DNA of 64,000 bases, from NCBI GenBank assembly GCA_036785375.1, contig JAWMAR010000087.1, positions 3,720,001-3,784,000 on the forward strand. Reading direction: 5' to 3'. Within the stretch, counting starts at the first letter, position 1, and every line of letters begins with the position of its first letter. Origin of the DNA: Leucoraja ocellata. Lineage: Eukaryota. Shown one piece after another: positions 49,896 through 60,870 of this stretch. The notes beneath the pieces were generated by a model. That model did no database searches. It saw only the letters and a program-made list of their open reading frames with translations, and was not told the origin of the DNA. The position numbers were made by a program, and so were the translations under genes.

Positions 49896-50500
49896 CCCCC
49901 CCCCATGCCAAATTGACCGGAGAAAATGAAGATAGATTAGCCCTGTCCATCAGGAACTGTGAAAAGATCTGTTCTATCTAGTTCATCTTCTGACATCGAG
50001 GTAGCTGCATAATACTGCGGTTAAACAGGTTTTGACTGATCACCACAGTTTTTGTTTGGAAATTATTCAAGGCAAACTCAAGGATGGTGAGCTTTGGGAA
50101 TCATGATTCCAGATCATTATCTTCCTTCCAAACCTGCTGTTTGCAGCTTGTCATATTTAAAATTATAGCATCCCAAACTTATTTCCTGAAAAGTATCTTT
50201 CAAATTTATATTTCTCAACCTCAAAACAATTTTACGCCCCAAAGATTATAGTCATTTGATGCTAACAACATTTGGAATGGCAAGACTGGCGCAAAGATAC
50301 CACCAAGCCAGATAAGATTGTTAAAAAAAAATCTGCAGGAACAATTCACCGTTAGCTTTATAGAGAGTAGACATTCATTGGTCCTTTTGGCTTAGTTGAT
50401 GTCTTTCTGCTGACTGGATAGCTTTTCACTGTACCTCGGGACACGTGACAATACACTAAACTAAACTTTACTGGACCACCAAGGTTTAGTGTCCTGTCAC

Positions 50501-51365
50501 TAGCAATGTTACAAAATTTTGAGATTTTAAAAATCAAGTCTGCAATTTATCCCATCAGATAAAGCATAACAATAAGTTTAATTTGACACCAAATTCACTT
50601 TCATATCTTAAGTATTAAAAACGTTATGGCCATTTTCATACTCGGAAATTAGCATCTTGTTCCCTATTGATTTTCAATGGACATTACAAAAAAGCTGTGA
50701 TCTTGGATAGTCAAAAGCCCATTTCTTAAGGAAAGATTAACATTTTTAAATAGCCTAAGTGTCCAAAGATTATTCACAAATAATTCACAATATAACATGA
50801 TTTTTATATCTAATTTACATTAATTTATAGGCCAAATGGAAGGAATTTAGTGTTCAATTGCTGTAAATAAATGCCCATTTAAATCGGCTTTCTAGTGGGT
50901 TCATGTGAACGCGCTGGTTTAGAACGTTGACATCGCGCTGGATTAGTGCCCTCAAATGCCGAGAAAAATACTGCGGGATATAAAAAGCCCAAAATGAACT
51001 ACTCGCTATAGATAACTTGATATACAGGGTTATATATATGACCCATTTAATGTAAAAATAAGGTACATACCTTTAATTGTTTGCTTTATAAAACCCTGGG
51101 GCTGCGAGAGGTTGCGGAATGAGACAGTAATTTTCATTAAACTATTATAACTATATTATCGAGGCCTATAAAACTAATAATACCTTTTGCGACCGGGTCT
51201 TGCAGCGATTTTTCGTTAATGATTTACTAGGCTGAACATCTGCGATTAGTACAGCCTAGTAAAAATCGCGTTTTAAACCCGCCCCCTCCAAACAGCGCCA
51301 AAATCGCGGACATGGCTGAGGGCAGATTCCCAATGACGATTCAGGTAGGTTTTGTAACATACCTA
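50501..51365. mobile_element. Non-autonomous DNA transposon with TAG...CTA ends and a 7-bp TSD
   Basis: ctgtcac | TAGCAATGTTACAAAA ... TTTTGTAACATACCTA | ctgtcac (TSDs at 50494-50500 and 51366-51372). Confidence 0.7.
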
Positions 51366-51737
51366 CTGTCACCACAATAAACCACATTATTAACAAGGTC
51401 AAGAATCATGAGTGTTTTATTGTCATATGTCCGAGATAGAACAATGAAATTCTTACTTGCAGCAGCACAACAGAATATGTAAACGTGGTACACTGTAAAC
51501 AATATAATAACCAANNNNNNNNNNNNNNNNNNNNNNNNNNNNNNNNNNNNNNNNNNNNNNNNNNNNNNNNNNNNNNNNNNNNNNNNNNNNNNNNNNNNNN
51601 NNNNNNNNNNNNNNNNNNNNNNNNNNNNNNNNNNNNNNNNNNNNNNNNNNNNNNNNNNNNNNNNNNNNNNNNNNNNNNNNNNNNNNNNNNNNNNNNNNNN
51701 NNNNNNNNNNNNNNNNNNNNNNNNNNNNNNNNNNNNN

Positions 51738-53267
51738 CGTTGGGTCTGCTCCCCAAATGGTATGATCCCCCAATCCAATATTCCACCATGCACCCGTCTC
51801 CTCCAATGGAACTGAAGCCGTTCCCAAAAGTAAGATTCCAGCACTGCCCTGCCTCTTTAAAAAAAAATCCAATGGCATCTCCCCTGCCTGCTGCAGCAGT
51901 GAAAAGTTCAGTGTTCCTGTCTTGCAACTTTGTTTCGAAGTGTGTTGGAAGCTGACATGTAAATGGAGAAGCCTGTTTATTTTTGAAATACTTGGGGGGG
52001 GGGGGGGGGAGAAGGATTTGATTAAAAACGTGTACTTCATCTCGACAAAATGAAATGAGGAGCGGATACTTAGAAAGAAAAGCGAAATCTCTACCGAAAT
52101 GGAAAATATCTAGGAGATTGAGCGTCTGGATTGGGTGTGGCAATGAATCAAAGGAAGAAATGCAGCCGGCAGCCGTACTTGCAAATGAATCCATTCCGAT
52201 TGGACATCTGCGAGCATCGGCCATTCCGATTGGACATCTGCGAGTATCGGGCACGAATCGAAAGGCAGGAAGGGCGCCGGTCGGCAGTCGGTCGGATGGC
52301 CCCAGAGTTTTATAGATATATACTAGACCAAGTGCAGACCCGTTGGGTCTGCTCCCCCAATGGTGTGATCCCCCAACCCAATATTCCACCATGCACCCGT
52401 CTCCTCCAATGGAACTGAAGCCGTTCTCAAAAGTAAGATTCCAGCACTGCCCTGCCTCTTTAAAAAAAAATCCAATGGCACCTCCCCTGCCTGCTGCAGC
52501 AGTGAAAAGTTCAGTGTTCCTGTCTTGCAACTTTGTTTCGAAGTGTGTTGGAAGCTGACATGTAAATGGAGAAGCCTGTTTATTTTTGAAATACTTGGGG
52601 GTGGGTGGGGGGGGGAGAAGGATTTGATTAAAAACGTGTACTTCAACACGACGAAATGAAATGAGGAGCGGATACTTAGAAAGAAAAGCGAAATCTCTAC
52701 CGAAATGGAAAATATCTAGGAGATTGAGCGTCTGGATTGGGCGTGGCAATGAATCAAAGGAAGAAATGCAGCCGGCAGCCGTACATGCAAATGAATCCAT
52801 TCCGATTGGACATCTGTGAGCATCGGCCATTCCGATTGGACATCTGTGAGCATCGGCCATTCCGATTGGACATCTGCGAGTATCGGGCACGAATCGAAAG
52901 GCAGGAAGGGCGCCGGTCGGCAGTCGGTCGGATGGCCCCAGAGTTTTATAGATATACTAGACCAAGTGCAGACCCGTTGGGTCTGCTCCCCCAATGGTGT
53001 GATTCCCCCAACCCAATATTCCACCATGCACCCGTCTCCTCCAATGGAACTGAAGCCGTTGCGAAATGTAAGTTTCCAGCACTCCCCTGCCTCCCTCAAT
53101 TGCACCTCCCCTGCCTGCTGCAGCAGTGAAAAGTTCAGTGTTCCTGTCTTGCAACTTTGTTTCGAAGTGTGTTGGAAGCTGATAGGAAGGAGCAGCCGTC
53201 AACGAATCAAAAGGCAGGAAGGGATCCGTACTGCAGGCGGACGGATGGGTTTGAGTTTTATATATTA

Positions 53268-53298
<31 letters not shown>
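51738..53298 (-). mobile_element. Tandem head-to-tail array of a non-autonomous Helitron
   Basis: Repeat periods of 603 and 634 bp. On the minus strand each junction reads GCAGACCC-AAC-GGGTCTGC-acttggt-CTAG, followed by tatatatctataaaactc. The outer 5' end is (TCTA)n-TTAATATATAAAACTC. Confidence 0.8.
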
Positions 53299-53321
53299 TT
53301 TTTTTCCTATATGTATACAAT

Positions 53322-54022
53322 ATAGACACAAAATGCTGGTGTAACTCAGCGGGACAGGCAGCTTCTCTGGAGAGAAGGAATGGATGACGTTTCGGGTCGA
53401 GACCAATCTTCAGACTGATGTTGGGAGTGGGCGGGACAGAGAAAGAATGTAGTCGGAGACAGTAAGACTGGCGGGAGAATTGGGAAGGGGGAGGGGATGG
53501 AGAGAGGGAAAGCAAAGGCTATTTGAAGTTAGAGAAGTCAATGTTCATACCACTGGGGTGTACGTTACCCAAGCAAAATATGAGGTGCCGTTCCTTCCAA
53601 TTTCCTCTAATCTCCCGGTTGCTCAGCACTTTAACTCCACCTCCCATTCCCAATCAGACCTTTTGGTCCTGGGCCTCCTCCATTGTCAGAGTGAGGCCCA
53701 GCACAAATTGGAGGAACAGCATCTCATATTTTGCTTGGGTAGCTTACACCCCAGCGGTATGAACATTGACTTCCCTAACGTCAAATACCCCTTGGTTTCC
53801 CTCTCTCTCCATCCCCTCCCCCTTCACAGTTCTCCCACTAGTCTTAGTATCTCCGACTACATTCTATCTCTGTCCCACCTAATCCCCTGACATCAGTCGA
53901 AAGAAGGGTCTCGACCTGAAACCTCACCCATTCCTTCTCTACAGTGATGCTGCCTGTCCTGCTCAGTTACTCCTCCATTTTGTGTCTACCTTTGATTTAA
54001 ACCAGCATCTGCAGTTCTTTCC
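53322..54022. mobile_element. Penelope-like element with inverted 5' part
   Basis: Minus copy 53322-~53605, then plus copy ~53607-54022 encoding LPVAQHFNSTSHSQSDL..LGLLHCQSEAQHKLEEQHLIFCLGSLHPSGMNIDF. Hammerhead-like motifs occur at both ends (53386-53413 has an intact core, on -). Confidence 0.85.
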
Positions 54023-54072
54023 TACGTATATATATTATTATCCAGTATTATCAGAATTACCAGTCCATTACC

Positions 54073-54346
54073 ATTACAATACAATATAATACAATACGGT
54101 TTATTTGTCACATTGCACATAAAGTGCAAGTGAAATGAATATGTCAGCAGCGGTACAATGATAAAGAACACACAAAAACACAATAAAAATTTAACGTAAA
54201 CATCCACCACAGCATTCATCACTATGGTGGAAGGCACACAATTTGGCCAGTCCTCCTCCATTTTCCCCCGTGGTCGGGACCTCAACCATCCGCAGCCGTT
54301 GCTGCGGGCGTCCAGATGGTAAAAGGACAAGGTACAAGTCCAGGTA
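54073..54346 (-). mobile_element. 5'-truncated copy of the CpG-rich retro-element family with an 11-bp TSD
   Basis: TSD agtccattacc at 54062-54072 and 54347-54357; (GTATT)n tail; shares gccttccacc...gctgtggtggatgttta.gttaa with 12420-12470. Confidence 0.75.
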
Positions 54347-55873
54347 AGTCCATTACCTAAATGGCTGCAGCAAAATTGATTTGTATTAACAATATAATCC
54401 AGCAATTTGACAAAACGCAATTCATTTCAGCACAGAGCCTCACTACAAGGTTTTAGATTTTCCTTGTATTAGCGAGGCAAATGGTGAAGTGATGCAAATC
54501 ACCAGCACAGGTTGAGACTTGTGACAGACCTTTCCTTCAACAAAAGTTGCTCTTTTTTTCCCCACGCAAACACATATAGGTTGCACCATGTTAACGTGCA
54601 TTGGTAAATACCAGACTTCTTTTTCTATATGGGGTTGCTTAGATCCTTGTATGCATGGTCTGTCTTTCTCTTGTCATCAAAGTTTGACCTCCACCTAAAT
54701 TCAGTGGTCAATGAGCAGATTTCATGACTTTAAGCCATCCAGAATGCAAATTAAATGACAAAAGAGGATCTTCTGTTTGTGAGGGGGTTTATCTACTCTG
54801 CTTAACTTTCCCCCACAAGCATTTAACAGTTTGCCTTACATTAAAAAAAATCCTTTATATTTTCCTGTAGAGAATCAGATTAAAAAAAGAAGCTGATCGC
54901 TAAGAGGATTAATGGAGAAATGAGTGTTGTTTGATCTGAAATGGGTTCATTAGGTCCCTGATTTCTCTTTGCGAATTTGCGTTGCTGACTTCCTAATGAA
55001 GCTCTTTAGAAATAAATCGCCTGTCCTCATGTCTGTCAGGCTGCTAAGCATTACAAGATTGGGGGAATGTAGCGCTGTTATGTTAGTGAAGTCCCCTACT
55101 TTGGCCATTTAAATTTATTTTTTAGTGACTCAGTCATGAATGTAACTTCTTCAATTGCCAGGCTAGAACTACAGGGGCAAGACAGTGTAACTGTTCCACA
55201 GCTGCAACAACCCAAGTTCAATCCTGACGTCTGGTGCAGTCTCAATAGAGTTTGCATGTTTTCCCGTTGACCTTGCGAGTCCCCTTTACTCCGTTCTTCC
55301 ACCCTAGTCGTTTAACCAGTTCCACAGTTCGCAACAATACAGCCCTCTTGAGATCTTCCCTTCCCAAGTCAACCACTGGCTTTCCCGGGAACCACTCAAC
55401 GTTCATACCGCTGGGGTGTAAGCCGCCCAAGCGAAATATGAGGTGCTGTTCCTCCAACTTGCGCTGGGCCTCACTCTGACAATGGAGGAGGAACAGGACA
55501 GAAAGGGCAGATTGGGAATGAGAGGGTGAGTTAAAGTGCTGAGGTCTCTGGTGCTGTAAGGCATACTTTTCTGTAAACAATGCACGGTCGTGAAACATGG
55601 TTGAGCAAAAATAATTCGAGTCAAGTATTCATTATCATATGCGCAAGTATGCTGAGGTACAGGTACAATGAAGATCTCGCAATAGTGTCACAGGTACAAA
55701 GACTCGGAAAGTACAAAGAAAATGAAACATTAATTATCCAAGACTTTGCAAAGAAAAAAACTGCAAAAAAACAAACAAGACATGCATGCAACAACAGTAA
55801 TTAGACAAGAAGTCCATGGTAATGCAAAAAGTGGTCCCTAGTGCTCTGTTACTGGGGTACGAGAGGGCAATAT

Positions 55874-56174
55874 AGTTTAGTTTAGAGATACAGTGCGGAA
55901 ACGGGCCCTTCAGTCCACTGGGTCCACGCCGACCATCAATCCCCGCACATTAACACAAGCCAACACACACTAGGGACAATTTATACTTTTACCAAGTATA
56001 CAAACTCAAGCCAAGTAACCTACAAACCTGTACGTCTTTGGAGTGTGGGAGGAAACTAAAGATCTGTGGCATGGGGAGAACATATAAACTCCAGACAGCA
56101 CCCGCAGTCGGGATCGAACCTGGCTCTCTGGCTCTGTAAGGCAGCAACTCTACTGCTGCACCACCGTACTGCCC
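55874..56174 (-). mobile_element. V-SINE-like element
   Basis: Reverse complement of the 13778 family. Confidence 0.8.
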
Positions 56175-56834
56175 TATATGCATTCTGTTGCATACGCAGA
56201 ATATGCATTCTCTTATCGATGTGAAAAGAACCTTGTGTCAAAGTTACAGTGAAACAGTTTATCTTTGATCAGCTGTCCTTTTTGACTCTAAAGGATAGCA
56301 GCAGCTCCATCTTACATTAATCATCAACGTGGATAAGCCAAGGTCGCTTACCCATTAGTGAGTTTTAGTTTGTGTCCAGATGGGCAAAGCTCGCAGAGCT
56401 GAAATTGCATTTGGCCGACTTCATTTTGTTCTGTATAATGAAGAGATTCTGTTGTGCGTTCTTTGTGCAGCCCAGTGTGGTCTATCCAGTTACATGATTT
56501 TTCAATACACATTTAGGGGTCGACTTCTTTAGTTGAGGCAAGTAAAATATATTTTTGAAACCCAGTGTATATAGAGCATTGGCAGTAAGGCCAGGTTTTA
56601 ATTTTCTGTAACAGGGAGGTTTCTCAATTACTCATTTCTGCTTGGACTAGCTAATTTGATGTAGGTGAGGGGATGTATGACCTTAAACCATCGCAGCCTG
56701 TCTCGCACTCTTATGTGAGACAGATCAGATAGTCCAGTGTACTCTTCTTTTGCATTCTTTATGTTATTGTCTCTTGGGAAGAAGCTAGTCAAAACAAGAA
56801 TGAGTAATTGAGAAGCCTCCCTGTTCCTGGGGGA

Positions 56835-57086
56835 GGCACGGTGGCAACAGAGATCCTGACTATGGGTGCTGTCTGTACAGTTTGGATGTTCTCCCTGTGG
56901 CCATGTGAATTTTCTCTGAGTGCTCTGTTTTCCTCCCACACTCCAAAGGTTTGTAGGTTAATTGACTTTTGTATATTGTAAATAGTCCCTAATGTGTAGG
57001 ATAGTGCTAGTGTATGGGGCAATTGCTAGTCGGTGCAGACTTGGTGGACCGAAGGGCCTGTTTCCATGCTGCATCTCTACAGTCTA
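56835..57086 (+). mobile_element. V-SINE-like element
   Basis: Same family, with an internal deletion in the head. Confidence 0.75.
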
Positions 57087-58428
57087 AAAGTCTACTCTCA
57101 ATATATGACTCGTAGGATTATTCCATCCAGCCTGTCTTGGTGAATGATGAACTGGTTAGTCCACAATCTGCTATTACTTTTTAGTGTCAACTGGATCCCC
57201 AAGCTGGCTTCTGATGGGGATGTCTCTGCTTTGTGCAAGGCCTTCAAGTTGGGTCACACCTCGTTAATAGGCTATCAAAAAACATCAAGTTTCTATCAGT
57301 GTTTCTGATATTCACAAATATTCAAAACGCAAAAAAATACGTTCAGTCGTACAAATATTAACGGTATTAGATTAAAATGTTTTTTTTAATTTAACACATT
57401 AAACAGTAGGAAGCAATTAAACATTTAAATATGTTTCGAATTATTTTTTGTTCAATTCATTTTTTTAAATAAAAGTAAATGACTAGAAATGTACTCGTCT
57501 TTTTTGGAACCATTCCTCTTCATTGACGTGAATGGAAAGGTTAAATCGGCACCATCTTTAATCAAGCACAGGTTTGATCAGCAGATTCCCCAGGGAAAGG
57601 CCGGAGGTTGGTGCTCTGCCATTGAATATTGTGAGAAACAAAATGTCCAAGTGCAGGTGGAATGATCTCGACGACATCCCCTCAGAAGATTTGGGACTTC
57701 AGTGTTTGCTGGAGTGGCTCTCAAGTGCTTCAGATTGTCAATGTGTGTTCACCCTTCTTAAGTGTTCCACTTCTGGTGTGGTAATGGTGAGCTTTAAAGC
57801 TGCCAATTTCATTGCAAAATGGAGATTTAGAGATGGACACTAAAGGTTGGCCTTGTCAGCAACATCAACAGTACTGATTGTGGATGATCAGCCATGATCA
57901 CATTGCTGGACTGAAGGGCCGAATGGCCAACTCCAGCACCTATTGTTTATAGTCTATAACATCCTGTGCCCAACACTTTCCAATCAGCCCCATCATATCT
58001 GTAAATCAGTGCATAATATTTGTTGTAGATATTTATACTTTCATTAACAATTGTATAATTTCTGAGTCATTTCCTGTAATTGGGTGTAATTGTGCAGGTG
58101 TCATGAAAATCCATCATGGTTGAATATTCTTACATATTCGATGGATTAAATGTGATTGGCCAGAAGATCATCAAGAGCCAATGGTAGCGAAGAAAAGATT
58201 GCCGTTGCTTAAAATAATTGGCGTGAACTTCACTCTAGTAATTTGTGTGGGGAAAAAAGAGTCAACTTTTGAGTCTATAAACTCAGTTGGGGTCTTTAAC
58301 TTTATATTAACATTGTGGCATTGTAACAGCAGCACAGCTACAATGAACTGAGTGAGCTGCTTCACTGCTGACTTGAATCATTCTCAGGTTGACAATATTT
58401 TATAGCAGTCATCTAAACTTGATTGGAT

Positions 58429-58658
58429 AGACACAAAATGCTGGAGTAACTTAGCCGGTCAAGCAGCATCTCTGGAGAAGAGGAATAGGTGACTTTTCAG
58501 GTCGGAATCCTCCTTCAGTGTCTGAAGAAGGGTTGCGATCCGAAACGTCACCTATTCCTTTTCTCCAGAGATGCTGCCTGACCCGCTGAATGACTGCAGA
58601 ATTTTGTGTCTATCTCCGGTATAAACCAGCATCTCTGGTTCCTTCCTACACTGCTTGA
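58429..58658. mobile_element. Short fold-back PLE terminal-repeat insertion
   Basis: Inverted pair 58426-58614 centred at ~58520; possible TSD ttgattggat at 58419-58428 and 58659-58668. Confidence 0.75.
58522..58549 (+). ncRNA. Minimal type I hammerhead ribozyme motif
   Basis: CUGAAGA-a-GGGUU(GC)GAUCC-GAAA-CGUC; stem II maintained through G-U pairs. Confidence 0.6.
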
Positions 58659-59979
58659 TTGATTGGATTATGTCTTATAGCTGGATCTAAGATGTTCAGC
58701 AGCTTATGTGTAAAATGCTCGAACTGCATAATTACTATCGGGTTGTAGTATTTGTACCGTGTACAATTGTTCTCGTATATTTGTCCTATGTGTTTGATCA
58801 AATTACTACTCTCTATGCAATGAAAATGCTTGCTTCCCAAAAATATTGAACATTGTCATCTTTAGACCATTCTGAATGCTTGGGTTCACACTGACACGAA
58901 AAGCAGTTTATGTTCTCACGCAAGTAGCAAATAAAACCTAAGCCATAGCTAATATATGGTGAATGTTTATTTCTTGGGTCAGGCTGCAGGTAGTTGGCTG
59001 GATAAATAAATGAAAGCCTTTTAGTTCCTATACGCTTTGTGAGTTTTCTGGTCCGGTTTGTAGTATTTTTTTCCAGGCATTTTAAGGAGAAAACCTGCAT
59101 TTGCATAAGTAAATTGAGATTCAAGGACTTGCCGGCTAATAATCATAGCATCGTAAACCTTGCAGAGTGTTTAATGAATGAATCCAGACTGAAGACCTAT
59201 TAATATGGACGCCTTAGGAATTCACCTAAGGACGCTGGCATTGAAATAAAGATGAGCAGGCCCATGGGAAATCAGGCTACACGTCTGCATTTTAAATATC
59301 CTTGTGAGGTATCAATAATGGTGTAATTGAATCCTGAACACAAACATCAGATACAGGTGGCAAGGGAGAGGAGGGGGCTGTCTTTTCCTCTGCACTGCAC
59401 ACCCAGCGGGATGAGCCCCGATAGAATGGCCTTTAAATCCATTAAGTAAAGATTATGCACTGTAACATCTCAAAATAGCATTTTACCTACATAATGGGTG
59501 CTGCCTTTTTCTGCAATGCAATTTAACCTGTTCTGTGCTGGTTGAAAATTTGAAAGGCTGGCCCTGTACTCAATATTTAGTTTGTGATTCTAATTCATAT
59601 TTTTTGTGCATAATGACAAATTCTCCACATCACAAATGTACTAAAGCATGTTTGTTATTTTGTGTGTCATTTTTGACCTGTTTTCTCCCATTTCACTCAG
59701 CGTACTCAGAAAGTGTATTTGTCACTGACAAAGGCAGTGTTGATTGTCCATCCCAGTCATGATTGAATTGCAGAGTAGACTTGATGGGCCGAATGGCCTA
59801 ATTCTACTCCTATTACTTATGAACTTATCCCTATTTTCCCTGAACTGATTGGAAGTTTGGGCTGGAATCAGATCAGGTAAAATATATCCGTTTTCCTTCC
59901 TAAAGTGAACCTCAAAAGGTTTTTGTCATAATCCAGTGGTTTAGTGTTCATTGTTATCCATACTAGCTTTTTATTTAAT

Positions 59980-60372
59980 TACTTTGCAGATGACACAAAA
60001 GTGGGTGGCATTGTAGATACTGAAGACGGTTGTCTAAAATTGCAGCAGGATCTTGATCGGCTGGGCAGGTGGGCTGAGGAATGGTTGATAGAATTTAATA
60101 CAGAGAAATCTGCAGTGTTGCATTTGGGGAAGACTAACATGACCAGGACCTACACAGAGAATGGGAAAGTTCTGGGGAATGTTGTAGTGCAGAGGGATCC
60201 AGGAGTGCAGGTACATAATTCCTTGAAGGTGATGTCACATGTAGATAGGGTGGTCAAAAAGGCTTTTAGCACTTTGGCCTTCATCTGTCATAGTATTGAG
60301 TAGGGAAGTTGGAAGGTCATGTTACAGCTGTATACGACATTGACGCAGGCCTGTTTCCATGCTGTATGACTA
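59980..60372 (+). mobile_element. CR1 RT fragment
   Basis: FADDTKVGGIVDTEDGCLKLQQDLDRLGRWAEEWLIEFNTEK, including the RT catalytic ADD motif. Confidence 0.88.
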
Positions 60373-60424
60373 TGCTTCTATGACTGTACTTAAATTTACA
60401 TTCCCCAGCTGCCGTGGAAGGATT

Positions 60425-60870
60425 TGAACACCTCCGCTCAGTCCGCCTTAACCTACCCGATCTCCCAGTTGCTCAGCACTTTAACTCCCCCTCCCATTCC
60501 AATCTGACCTTTCTGTTGTGGGCCTCCTCCATTGTCAGAGTGAGGTCCAGTGCAAATTGGAGGAACAGCACTTCATATTTTGCTTGGGTAGCTTGCACCA
60601 CAACGGTATGAGCATGGACTTCTCTAACTTCAATTAGCCCTTGCTTTCTCTGTCTCTCCCCATCCCCTCCCCCTTCCCAATTCTCCCACCAGTCTTACTG
60701 TCTCCGACTACATTCTATCTGTCCCACCCGCTCCCCTGACATCAGTGTGAAGAAGGGTCTCGACCCGAAACGTCACCCATTCCTTTCCAGAGATGCTGCC
60801 TGGCCCACTGAGTTACTGCAGCATTTTGCGTCTACCTTCGATTTAAACCCGCATTTCAAATTATTTCCCA
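60425..60870 (+). mobile_element. Penelope-like element 3' fragment
   Basis: EHLRSVRLNLPDLPVAQHFNSPSHS (GIY-YIG region), followed by a terminal repeat with a mutated hammerhead core (GTGAAGA...GAAACGTC). Confidence 0.8.

Noticed and set aside
51406-52890. 494-aa minus-strand ORF
   Set aside because: It includes an N gap and reads through the tandem Helitron units; the 603-bp period and 30-bp subrepeat are multiples of 3. It has no recognisable domain.
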